Source of the DNA: Zygnema circumcarinatum SAG 698-1b | Taxonomy: Eukaryota > Plantae > Zygnematophyceae | Direction of reading: 5' to 3' | DNA: 64,000 bases | NCBI GenBank assembly: GCA_037447605.1 | Contig: CM074814.1 | Span: forward strand, 2,294,001 to 2,358,000 | In this document: positions 1-24,200 of the stretch, one piece after another | Layout of the letters: each line of letters begins with the position of its first letter | Numbering within the stretch: the stretch's first letter is position 1 | Notes under the pieces: model-generated | Databases searched by the model: none | What the model saw: only the letters and a program-made list of their open reading frames with translations | Told to the model about the DNA's origin: nothing | Program-made: the position numbers and the translations under genes

Positions 1-1
1 T

Positions 2-3000
2 GGATTGTTGCAACAGAATAATGCGGCGACAAAAGCAGAAAGAGGAGAGCTGGATGTGACAGGTGTGTTGGAACGAAGCTGTGATGAAGCCGCTGGAGGA
101 ATTGACGTGACAGCTGGCGAGAGTTTACGGCGAGGGTCTCATTTTTATGGCCACAGTCAGGCTGTTGAAGAAAGCACTTCATCCGCTGAAATTGGTGGTC
201 GACTTCATTACAGTGAAAGTTTGGCTACACAGGAGGAAACATGCGCAAGAGGAGCAAGCAGTGATGGAAGTCAATTATCGAGCTATGGTGGAGTAGGAGA
301 GGAGAGTAATTCCCAAAGAGAGGAAATGTGGATGAATCATGGGGTATCATTCGGTGGTGCAACGACAGAGGAGGCAGTGAAAGAGAAGAGAATGGACTCT
401 ACAGTTCCACTGCTGACAGAGGCAACAGTCTTCAAGTCGGAGCAGAAAAGTAATCATGTAAAGGCAGCATGGGAAGCTCTCGTCCGGTGGTCAAGGTTCT
501 GGCGGTCATCCAAAAACAACGAGGATAATGCATTGTTGAAGACGACAAAGGTGTAATTTTTTTTTCTAGCTGCCGCTCCCCTCCCCCCTCCTCCACGTTT
601 TCCTTTATATTTGCCCATTCCATGCGCTTTGCGGGGCTTTGGGGGCAATTTAGCCTTATAGCAATACAAAAACTTCATTTTCACTTTCTCACTGCCTAAA
701 CTGGTTGAATTTGGCTGTCTGCACAATCCCATGCACGAAGTGATTGCCATAGGAAGGGAGTGGGTCTCCTTCAGTCTTCCTGCAGGTTAGGTCTTTGGAT
801 TGACTATGCACAAAGAATCTATGAGGGCTTGTTTGCATGAAGAGGATTTTGCATCTGGTATCTTACGAACAACAGTATTTTTTGGGGGCAGATTGCGATT
901 TTTGGTGGAGGTTCGTTCGGCACAGCCATGGGAGTGATGCTTGCAAGAAATAAAGCAGATATGGATGTCGTACTGCTGATGCGCAGTACTAATGTGTGTG
1001 AAGAGATCAACGACCAACGGACGAATAAGTGAGTCTGCAACGAGCGGGTTTGCTGAACAATGCAGCTTCTTATTCAGATTTGCCGCGTATGTTGTCCTTC
1101 TTCATGTAGAAACTGAATAACTTTGTAGTATCAAGTTTCTGCTTGCAATATCATGTTAAAATCCCTCTTCAGCTAAGTACGTATTGAATGGATGCAGGAA
1201 ATATTTTCCAAATCATAAATTACCGGATAACGTGAGAGCTACAACAGATCCAAGGGAGGCTATTGATGGAGCACAGTATTGTATACATGCTGTACCAGTT
1301 CAGGTCCTTGTCTGAAACCCTGCTCGCTCCATGTTATTGACCTAAGCCGATTTCTTCAATTTTCTTTCCTATAGTAGAGCCTCACTCTTTGGCCGGGATA
1401 AGCGTGGAAGTCTTTTTGCCTAGTGCCTTCTGTTGATCATTCCTCGTTGTTGTGGCATCGGTTAGACTTGGGAGTAACAAGCTTCCAAGCTGAGGACAGT
1501 TTTTTTCCAGCCAGTAGCTGAAGGTTCTGCTTTTCAAGCAGCACCATGTACACAAGAGATAACCGAGAAAGGTTTGATGACAGTCAAACATTGAAAAGTC
1601 GAATAATTGGAAGCTTATATTTGGAAAGACTCAGCCTTTGGTCCTGTTGGTTAAGAATACACGTTTTTGAGGGGTGGGAGATGGAGGATAGATTTTTTCT
1701 TTGGCAGGGACAGGAGTACAAATGTGTACAAATTAGATTTACAAAAGTGACACAAATGTTGGATTTCAATTGTCGTTTTCAATTAAATTCGATGAAGTAG
1801 CGTAACTTCTGAAAAGGGAAAGGAATCTGAGGATTGAAAGCACGAAGTCGAAGAACTTGGAAAAGGTTGAAAAATGCTTAAACCTTCCTCGAGATGTTCT
1901 GGTGAGGTAATGCGATTATAGTTGATGATGGCCACTTGCTTTCCTGACAGATTTAGAAGCCACTGAAATTGAGTATGAGGCATTTGAACGTTATATTATA
2001 GTTCCGCCGTTAGTCTAAGATACCTCTCCCGATACTGCTTTCCTTTTGTGCAGAACTTTAGTGTTTGTTGACCGACAGACTTATCAGTGTAAGCAGCACA
2101 ACAAGTTTCTTGCTTGACTGATAAGGATAACTTTTCTTGTTCTTGTGGTGGACTATTGTGAGTGGGCCCTTTACATTCAAAGGAATACTGAACGGTAGGG
2201 GAGTGCATATGCTGTTTTCATGCAGGCAAGTGCAGAATTCCTCAAAGCGGTGGCAGAATACATACCACCCACTCTGCCTATTCTCTCAGTCAGCAAAGGC
2301 CTGGAGGTCTCTACCTTAGAAATGATGTCACAGGTTATTCCACGAGCTTTGGGGAACCCCAGACAACCAGTAGCAGTCCTTTCCGGTCCCTCGTTCTCTA
2401 TTGAACTTATGGACAGGAGGCCAACAGGTAATTCGCTGAAGGACTGCGGCTGTAGCACATATAACTGTGACAGAATGCATCAGAAACTTAGAAACAAGAA
2501 AGCTAAACCTTGTTCTTGGGTAACACGTTACTATAGCAGGTCCTGTGTTCCTGTATCCTGTGTGCTTTCGATGACACAGACTGATATGGAAACTGGGACT
2601 TGGAGTGGCAGCAATTGTCGCAGCATCAAAAGACAAGCAGCTTGCCCGAGCTGCACAGCAATTGCTGGCGTCACGTTATTTGCGAGTTAATACTTCCACG
2701 TATGCACCATTGCTTTTTAGATCATTTCTTCCCTTCCCCATCGTAGAAAGCCTCCTTTCTTCAGTCACTTGACCGGCATGTACATGTTGGTTGAGGTGCT
2801 GGATGCATATGTGCAAGTCTCAGCAGGGCATGAATTCTCATCTATCACGTTTACATGCGAGGAGTTGTTTATGGGTATGATTTTATGATTTGACTTTGTC
2901 AACTTTCTTTGCTGCAGTGATGTGGTGGGGGTCGAAATGGCGGGCGCTTTAAAGAATGTTTTGGCCATAGCGGCAGGAATTGTTGAAGGGATGAATCTTG

Positions 3001-3869
3001 GAAACAACTGCATGGCAGCACTGGTAGCGCAGGGGTGTGCCGAAATCCGGTGGCTGGCAGAGAAGGTGAATCTCAAAACGTATAAGCTTTCAATCAGCCG
3101 TAGTTCACTTATGTCTTCATGATATGCCCTTCGATATACACAAAGCTTGTGCAGCTCTTTCAGCAAAACATGAAATAATTGTGCATTCAAGTTGGTGCTT
3201 GCGGAGGAGCAGATGGGCGCAAATCCTGCTACCCTTTCAGGACTTTCGGGCACCGGCGATATCATGTTGACCTGCTTTGTGAGTCTATCACGGAATCGTG
3301 CAGTAGGGGTCCGTCTAGGAGCTGGAGAGAGGCTGGAGGATATTCTTGCTTCTACGAGTCAGGTGAGAATCCCCTGAGAAGCAATAGTAAAAGTAAAATA
3401 AGTAAACTCGAAAGTAAACTCTTGTCTTCCTCTTGTCCCCCCCTCCCCCTCCCGCTTTCCCTCCCCCTCCCGCTCCCCCTCCTCCTCCNNNNNNNNNNCC
3501 CCTCCCCCCCTCTTCTCCTCCCCATTCCACCTGACATTTGACGAGTAATGGAATTGCAGGTCGCGGAGGGTGTCGCAACAGCTGGTGCCGTGATAGCCCT
3601 GGCGAGAAAGTACAGAGTGCAGATGCCTGTGCTGACTGCAGTGGCGCGGATTTTGGAGAATGAGCTCACACCCAAAAAGGCCGTTATGGAGCTCATGAGC
3701 CTCCCTCAGGTGCGCCCCTCATTATTTCATGTCTATAATTTGACAACTTAGTGATGGGGAGAGGGAAGGAGGGGGGGGGGGTTAGTGAGCGCTCAGCAAA
3801 GAGGGGGAGAGAGAGCATGAGTTGCTAACTCTGGGTTACTAATGGGGGATGCAGGTTGAGGAGAGATGA
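2..3869 (+). CDS. GLY1: NAD(P)H-dependent glycerol-3-phosphate dehydrogenase, plastid type (GLY1/SFD1-like, GpsA family); 5' end probably upstream of the window
   Basis: Spliced exons <2-550, 892-1028, 1198-1303, 2226-2427, 2612-2699, 2918-3065, 3213-3362, 3560-3709, 3855-3869, all GT-AG and in frame. Motifs: [20 protein letters not shown] (Rossmann fold), [52 protein letters not shown]; ends VEER*. Frame is open back to base 2. Confidence 0.95.
3421..3530. repeat. C-rich low-complexity intronic tract with a 10-N assembly gap (3489-3498)
   Basis: ccctccc-type repeats inside the G3PDH intron 3363-3559; run of 10 N. Confidence 0.9.
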
Positions 3870-4779
3870 ACGACACTTTTTTCAAGACAAGTCTTTGTCA
3901 TGCTTTGCGCTTTTTTATTGCTCGGTTTTCGGTTTTTGGCTTTAAGTGTTGGAGGACCTTTTCTTTGGAGTTTCGTCTGGGAGGGTTCGTGGAGAAAGGG
4001 TTGGAGGGGCGGGAGGGCAGGGTTGGAGGGAGAGGGAGAGGGTGAGGGAAAGGGAGAGGATAGGAGCTGGTTTCTGTGCCATAGCCTGCAGTTCAGTGTC
4101 CTTCTGGCTAGCTCTATATCTCATCATTATCATTTGTCCCTCGCTTAAAAGCAAAATGATATTTTTAACTAATTTTCAAGGAGAATCCGAGGGCATCATG
4201 TACGACATGTTGTCGCCTGGCCAAATTCGTATTTTTTTTGTAATCGAAGTCCCCCCTCCCTCCCCCCCTCCATTGCAAACTTCTTCTTCTATAAATATAC
4301 ATATGCATACATAAACATGAATTTAACTTAACAACGTAAACAGGAACATGGTCATGTGTTTATCACACGTGCAGTTGGCACTGGCCATGGCAGTATGGTA
4401 AAACATAGGCAGTGCCAGTGGTTGGCTGAGCCAACCACTGACCAATTGGATTCAACTGTGGTACTCCTGTGTAGATATCGCGTATTCCGATACGACGATA
4501 TTGAGATACATCGCCAATATCGATATCGTGACGTGACATGACGCTTGATAAAGTCAGCCAAGGATTAGGTTCCATGCAAATGAAATTCTGAAATTTCCCG
4601 TCGTTCTGCTACAATTTCCACAACATAGAACGAGATCACGGGATCGCGGAACTGTGTTCTAGTTTGAGCTCATGGAAAAGCCGGCAACTAGCGATCATGG
4701 AACCATTTGGCCGTTGGCGGAGCTCCGCATTGCTGACTTGCAGGCATGCGAAGAGAGCCATGCAGGTGGCGGTCAGGAG

Positions 4780-5070
4780 AGGGTGGGAGTGAGAGGGAGG
4801 GAGAGGGAGAGAGGGAGAGGGAGATTGAGAGGAGGAATAGAGCGGGCGAGTGGCAGAGCGAGAGAGAGGGAGGAAAAGTAAGGAAGGGAACACACTGAGA
4901 GGAAGAGAAAGACAGGGGGAGGCGGAGGGTTTGACGGAGGTGGAGGCAAGGGAAGAGAGAAGCAGGTAGGGTGGAGAAGAGGCAGAAGAGGGAGAGAGAG
5001 AGAGAGGCAGAGAGGCAGAAAAGAGAAGCGAGAAAGGGAAGAGGGAGAAGGAGAGAGAGAGAGAGGCGAA
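4780..5070 (+). repeat. GA-rich polypurine tract in the probable 5' UTR/promoter of the SCYL1 gene
   Basis: Nearly pure G/A sequence immediately before ATG 5074. Confidence 0.85.
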
Positions 5071-5073
5071 AAG

Positions 5074-16971
<11,898 letters not shown>

Positions 16972-18476
16972 TGTAAGTGATTCTTAGGAGGGAGAACACC
17001 ACATTGTAGTCCTCTTACTACAGTACATATAAGGTGAAGAAGGCATGTCCTTTTTGGGGTTGCGGAGAAGGATTCAACTTCATGGAAAGTTCTGAAGGGA
17101 TAGCGCTTTTGGAAGTGATAGGCTTCCGTTGTCCCCTGCTTGGAAGCGGATGGGAATAAGGTTATCAGACTATATGAAGGGCCTGAATTACTTTGGTAAT
17201 GGGCAGAGAGAAAGGGAGAGAGAGTGAGAGGGGGAGAGAGAGATTAGTAGGAGGAAGTCGTAGGAGTCTGTTTGAAAGAGTTTACACGAGTAGAGGGGGT
17301 GAAATTCGAAGGTCTATTGGGAGTCAGAATTCATTCAGTTTAAGATCAATTGTCCTTGATCCGATCAATTGCGTGCCGGTGATAGCGGTTTAGGGTTCCT
17401 GCAGTTATTATTGCTAAACTGGAAGTTGGGATAGTGGGATTGAGAAGAGAGAAAGAGAGAGAGAGAGGGGGAGAGCGAGAGAAAGCACAAGTGCTCCACA
17501 CCACACTCCCAACAGGTGCTACGTTAAACCGTTTTGCTAGATTTAATTCATTTTTTTTTTTTTTATGGAGCAAGAAAGTGTCCCTGCAAAGTCAAGATTT
17601 CAAAGAGATACCAAGCTGTTTGCATTTGACAAAACAATCATTACCACTTTGCATGTAATCAGTACAAGTTTTCGCCAGCTAATCAGAAGGTTACAACCAG
17701 ATTTTCTGCAAGTTGGGAGGCCTTCAAAGGTCAGAATGACGGCCTCCTTGGCGAAAGACGCAATTTGTCAACCTTGGAACTCCCAACAATTACAATTTAA
17801 GACCTCGGATGTCATCTAATTTGTGAGCGAATAAATGGTGTCTTCAGTTCTAATTATGTGAAAATACTTTGGGTGAGAAGTGTACTTCCTCGTAACAGGT
17901 TCAACGTCCAGGGTGCCGTGGAATCTGGTTAAATTGAAAATCTTAATGGAAAAAATGAAGTGCTTTGAGCCTCTCAGCATCTTGCAGAATCCTACCGAGG
18001 CAAATTACAAATTGTCAAACCCCTCCATTTGATTTTGAAAACCACTGCCCTGAAAGGCCTTGCACAATTTCACAACACTGCCCCTTCAAAGGACATTCCG
18101 TCGTCCAAATTTCGAATCTGGAGAAAATGTAGCCACCATATCCTTGAGCTCTTGGAGAAAAAGAAACCAAAGGAATCATTCGCCCATGGACATGCGATGG
18201 CTCTCACAGTGATGCTGCTGGTAATGACCACTTGCTCACATATCCACTAGGGCTGCAATCAGATTTGAAACATCCTCGTCCAAAATCATATTTTTCTATG
18301 AATTCCGGTTCGCTGTCCTGTGTAATATAAGAGCCTGCCTACGATGAATTCACACACTTGGTTTTTCAGCGTTTTTCAGCAACACTTAGTACAGGGTACT
18401 CTGGCCGGCCACTATCCCGACCGGAAGTATCGACCCTACCGAAAAGCTAAACGGAAGCCGGAGACACAACTCTCCA

Positions 18477-19662
18477 TCACCTCTTCCCACCCTTCTTCAC
18501 TGCTCCCTTCTTCTTCACAATCACAATCTCTCCCTTCGTCAAGGTGGGAATCTTCGACAGATTCCCAAGATCACCATACCTCTTCATGAACTTATCCAAT
18601 TGACCGGATTCTGACACAAGCGTTGACTTGTTTCCCTGGTAGTAAGGGTGGTTGCCTGGCACAGAACAAAAACACATGAAATGCTGAAGGAATGTCAGAC
18701 CTAAATTTGACCTAAGTATGGCTCACTTTCCTCTGCAGAGACACAAGGAGGAAAAATACTAAAGCCTGTCGTTAGCGTCTCTTTCGCTCTCCCTCTCCCT
18801 CCCTCTCACCCTCACCTTCTCCCTCTCCCTCTCCCTCTCCCACCCCTTCCCCCTCCCCCTTCTCCCTCCTCCTCTCCCTCTCCCTCTCCCTCTCCCTCTC
18901 CCTCTCCCTNNNNNNNNNNTTCCCCTTCCCTCTTCCCTTCCCCCCCCCCCCCCTTCTCTCTCTCTGTCTCTCAAATCGTGGTTGGAGAAGTCTAGCAATC
19001 AAAATCGAGTCAAGTTCCCCGCATTGGCAACACAACGGCCTCCCCGAAGGAGAAGCTGACGGGCGTACCTGACCACACATCGACGACATACTCCTCCTTA
19101 GTGCCGCTAGTTGTCATAACAAGTTCTCCATTGCAATAGACCTTCGCGTCAGGATAGAATTTCGGATGAATGCCTGGCTTCTTGCAAACCACGCGAGCTT
19201 CACCCCGGTTGACATTCTGCACTCCGACAGGACACAATTAGAAATAGCAATAGGGTAAGACCTAGCAACCTAGATAAAGAAACATTAACCTAACCGGAGA
19301 AACTCGTCATAAACTGATCACAACCTGGCTGTGTTACTTCCAGCAGTATCCGTAATGCTGTCCCCTAACCCGTATCAATCAACTGATATTCAACTAATCA
19401 TGAGGAAGAACCAAGAAGAAAAAGCATATTTCGATTCCTGCGCGCCATTCACCCTTCATTTCTGCTTCCTTCCATTCAATTGCCTTGCAAAGCTCTTGCA
19501 ACGTCAATTCTTCAATTCAACCATAGTACAACGACTTCTTGGAGCAGCATCAAGCAGCAGCACCTCCAAGCCCTGCTGGCTGCCGCCAAGGCGAGCGCTC
19601 TGCCTGAGTGAGGAAGCGGAAGTTGACGCCAGTCCTGCGCAAGCTTGCGCGAGGGCAGCCAT
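18477..19662 (-). CDS. RPL31: Plastid 50S ribosomal protein L31 with transit peptide
   Basis: Three GT-AG exons: 19662-19564, 19216-19069, 18655-18477. Ala/Ser-rich N-terminus MAALAQACAGLASTSASS, then [49 protein letters not shown]...GQLDKFMKRYG, basic C-terminal tail. Confidence 0.95.
18778..18965. repeat. CT/CCCTCT low-complexity tract with a 10-N gap (18910-18919)
   Basis: Inside RPL31 intron 2; purine-rich on the sense strand. Confidence 0.9.
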
Positions 19663-19684
19663 GGCTGTCTGCAGCTCCCCGAAA

Positions 19685-19692
19685 TTAGGGTT
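19685..19692 (-). promoter_or_regulatory. Telo-box-like AACCCTAA just upstream of the RPL31 start
   Basis: ttagggtt at 19685-19692, about 23 bp 5' of the ATG; telo-boxes are typical of plant translation-apparatus genes. Confidence 0.4.
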
Positions 19693-20274
19693 GCAGGGAG
19701 GGAGGGGGGGAGAGAGGGCTCAGGTAGAAGGGGAGGAAAGGCGACCACCTGGAGGGCTGAGAGCCAATGGCTTGCGCCGGATTTTTTTTTTTTTAAAGTT
19801 TTTTTTAAGAAGTTTTATTTTTTTCACGTGAAACGAACGTTCATGATCAGCAATGTCGATTCAAAATGTATCACAAATTCTGCGATAGTATTTTCATTAT
19901 TTACAAAAAAACGCAATACACGATTTGTTTTTGAGAAGGAAACCTTTCTCACACTTTGCTGGAAAAGTTATTTTTATAACTGTCCTCAACTTTTTTTTCT
20001 GCCGTGCGCGAAAGACAAGTCGGGCAGCAGGAAGACAAAAACCCAGATTGAAATAAAAGGAAAATAGTCTCTACAAACTTGGTCCGCCGGGCTGCGTCAC
20101 CGTAAAAAGTACGGTACGAAACGGATAATGCCCAAAATTGAAGGGTCCCTTCCGTACGGAACCCGTTTGTACGGTAAACGGCATCCGCGAATGGTGGCGC
20201 GTCACGTATATACGGATTGCTCCAAAAGGACGAGAAGCTTTGGAGGGACAACGGGAAGGGAACAACGAAGTGGG

Positions 20275-20600
20275 CGAGGGAGAGGGCGGGAGAGGGCGGG
20301 AGAGGGAGGGAGAGGGGGCGGGAGAGGGGGGGAGAGGGCGGGAGAGGGAGGGAGAGGGCGGGAGAGGGGGGGAGAGGGCGGGAGAGGGCGGGAGAGGGAG
20401 GGAGAGGGCGGGAGAGGGAGAGGGCGGGAGAGGGCGGGAGAGGGCGGGAGAGGGGGAGAGGGAGGGAAGGGAGAGGGCGGGAGAGGGCGGGAGAGGGGGA
20501 GAGGGAGGGAAGGGAGCGGAAGGGAGGGGGAAGGAGGGGGAAGGAGAGCGAGGGAGGGGGAGGGAGGGAACAAGGAGGGAGAGAGATAGGGAGTGGGCGG
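20275..20600 (+). repeat. G-rich 10-bp minisatellite (GGGAGAGGGC)n grading into GA-rich sequence
   Basis: About 20 gggagagggc/gggagaggga units in the spacer between RPL31 and the RING-protein gene. Confidence 0.9.
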
Positions 20601-21298
20601 AGGGAGATGACTGCACAGCGAGGAGGATGAGCGAGAGAGGGGTGAGAGAGGCCCTAGGGAAGGGGCAGCAGCAAATATTTCTTTGTGGTCTCCGTTTTGA
20701 AATCAGCTATTTCAAGCTGCAGGAGTCAAGCAGGCCTAGTCATGAATTAATCAGGCTGTCCATTTAGCTCACTTCTGAGCATTCTGGATTGGCAGGTCGT
20801 GCTTTAGGGCTCGTTCCCTTCAACGGCAAATTAGCCGCCCTATGTTGCCTGCGCTCTTCAACAGAAACCATCGCGAGACCATAGCAGACCAGCACAGCCA
20901 ATAGCATTATAAAAAACAAAAACGGAAAAAGTATTGGTTTTTACCACGCGTTGCAGCAATTGTTGAGCTTAGCATGCAAGCAGTACATGTACGAGAATAT
21001 CTCAAAATTGGGCCCCTTATGAATCCCAGAATCCTACGGCTTAAAGATTGGGTTGCGCCCAGCTTCCGCATGCAAGCCACGATTATTGTCGAAAAAAAAA
21101 TCAATATTGGCACCTCATTATGACCCTTCAACCGCTGACCTTACCAGACACCTGCCATCTATCCACCCCCCCCATACCTCCCTGCGGCCTGCCAGATACC
21201 CCCCCACCCCTCGTCTCCATCTGAGAAGTGTGTGTGCTCAAAACAAGGCACCTGACAACGATGCGATGTAAAGTTATCTCTCTCGCATAGCCGTAGCC

Positions 21299-24200
21299 TC
21301 AGTGAATAACGGCCCAGCGACCCACCGCGCACTTGCAGGAGAGGCAGCTGAAGTTGGATGGCCCAAACTGGTGCTGTCACACGTGCAGGCAATAAGGTGC
21401 GGATCAGTGCTGCCTCGTTTTTAAAACTGGTTAAACATTATGCTCAATCATTCGCTTGATGACATTTGATGGCATACTTCTACAGTTGCCAAAACAAAAG
21501 TTTTAGCTCCGATTGCACACAGCCATGGCCATGACCATGAGTATGCCCATGCCTATCCGCATACATCTACAGGCACGGCCAGTGTTGGATGCATGTGCAT
21601 GTACATGCCCATAAATGAATCTCTTTAGGTGGATTACACTGCACGTACCTGAATGATCTCTTTGCACACAGTGCAAAGAATGCGATGTCCGCATGGAAGT
21701 GCGGTCCAAAGGGCGCGCCTTCCACAGCAGTAAGCGCATGTGTTCCCCTCCATGGCATTGGCCATTGGGAAGTAGGGCGGGGCTCTTGGGCCGAACTCCG
21801 GATGGAAGGGTGGGATCACGGCTTGTGGCGGTACAGGGCCAAACCAGTTGGGGGGGCGCACAGGTGGCATCACATTATTGCCAAAAAAATCCTGCAGTGC
21901 AAGCTTCGCCCAGTTGAGCTAAAAGCACGTTGTTGGTTTCCAGGCTTAATCCATTTATTTTTGAACGATGTAGTTTCCATCCAAATCGCTGTACAGGAAA
22001 TAGCTGATCCTAATTGTTCAACTGTTTAATTGGATAGAAAGGACATACAACGTACCTGCCACGGAGTCCTTCGAGGAGGAGGCCTCTCAGCAGCTCTCAT
22101 AGGCTGCAGATTGAGTACTTGCTCAGTCAGACCTTCGTCATTTGGAAAGCGCCGAGCTGGACTGGTCCATAAGTCAACGCCTGGACGAATACCTCCAGAA
22201 TGTGTAGGAGAAGAGTCTTGAAAGGCCATTCTCAATGAACGGGCCGGGTTCCTGTTCTCGTTAAAATGATGTCCTTCAGATTGACCTTCTGAGATGCTTG
22301 TCAGCTCTTGATCCTGGTAAAATGAAAAGGTAGATCGACCAGAATTAACTGTAGGGCTGTCCCAGATTGTTGAACCCAACGTTCGAGATGAGCCCATCGC
22401 TGACGAGTTTGAACTCTCAGAGACTAGGCCTGCACCAGCTCGATTGGGAGTGCGGCCAAACTCAGGGAACAGCCCAGAGGGAGGAGTGTTCTCTCCAAGT
22501 GAAGCCTTCACTGAATTTGCGGAATGCCTGCTTTGCTGAATCTGTTCTGGTGTCTCTGGAAGTCTTGGCAGAGTCTCACCGATTTGCTGATGCCATCGCG
22601 GTGGTGGCGAACTTTCAAGCCTTCCCTGCTGATGCTGCAGGCCAGTTTTTTCCTGAAAGGTCCTGTAAGCTTGTATGATTGACGCCTGGGATTCACTGCC
22701 AGGGCGTCCTAGGAGGGAGAGGAGATGTGAAACATAGTCGACATTTGGTGGTGGAGGTGTCTTCCGATGTTCAGAGTTCCTCTCCTCATCGCTGTTTGCT
22801 CTAGTACCTCCAGGTGATGGGGTTCGAATACATGTTCTGTCGAAACCAAGTGGACTTTCACGTCTGACTTGGTTCATCGCTTGGGAACCGTCATGTGGAA
22901 AGCTGTGTTGCAGGTTCATGCTGCTCGAAAACCCCAAATTATCTTGACTACGAGCCTGTGATAGCGAAGCCTCGTCCTCCTGACCGTCAAGCAAGCCGGG
23001 TACAAAAGAATTTTCCAAGGACGCACCGTAACTTTCCCCATTTGCAGCGGCAGCATACGTTCGTCTTGTGTCCACCAATGAATTTTTGAAACCTCCGGAC
23101 GTTTGCTGGCTTCCAGCATGGATTTGTGAGCAACGAGCTGCATCCAGATAACTTCCCAGGTCAGAATTGTCCACGGTGCACTGAATTATTTGAAAGCACT
23201 TGTTACTTATGCTCCTTTCGCTACCAAAAAAAGAAATTGAGTATGCAACCCACCGTTGTCACCTATTTATCTGTTAGCTCCATGGAATGGAAACTTACGA
23301 TATGGCAACAGGACCATGTGTGTCGCAGGGCCCCTTCCGACAGGCACGATCTTCATCCTGCAGATGTCGTGCAACGAGCGAACAAAATCGCTCAATTTTA
23401 GGTACCCTATGTTTACATGATCAAGCTCCAACCCGCAAGTTGCCCGGAAATCGCCTTTCAAAGAAGATAAGGGATAATATTCCCCTTCTTTCAAACGGCT
23501 CGACACGGCAAGTAGAAAGCTCGGAAGCCACTGCCGTAGCTTCAGCAACCAGGCAGGCCTGGGTCCATGGGTCAGAGGGAGTGGTGGAATCTGTGGACTG
23601 GACTCCGTGCTTTCGTTGCACCTCACTGCGGGCGTGCTTTCAGCTGAACTGGAGTCACCAGAGAAAGGAGAATTTCCCGCGTTGTCAGCGCCTCCACGAA
23701 CGATTGTTTCTTCAGTGATGCAGGAACTGTCGGAATTAGCATTCATCGGTGATTGATTCGAATCAGAGTTGCGTAGTTGACAGTTCTTTTTGGAATCCAC
23801 CAGAGAGTAGGAATCTTCCGCCTGCAATAAGAACCGTGGTACTGCTCCTTTGATCTCCACCTGCGCCAAATTGGATTTCAGTTTATATCTAATGGTTAGT
23901 TAGTTACATAGCTTTAGTGATACCTGGTGGTGATGAAGCTTCAAGAAAATTCAAATTGCTTTATGCGAAATCTTAAGTCGAAAGCAAGACTTAAGGCAGT
24001 AAGGTAAGTGGTTATCGGCAGTCACTAGGGAAAAAGCCAACGCACTGCTACAACTTTGCAATAGATTACTTCTTAACACAGAGATGTTCGCACAATGATG
24101 CATTGGACCATACACAGGTATAGCATGTAGCGCCAATGAAATGAGACCCTTCCGTTGGTTTTGTGAAACCGTTCACGTAACTATCCTTACCTTTTTGCCA

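Noticed and set aside
18248-18260. TAGGGCTGCAA resembling a hAT terminal inverted repeat
   Set aside because: No matching inverted partner or target-site duplication found nearby.
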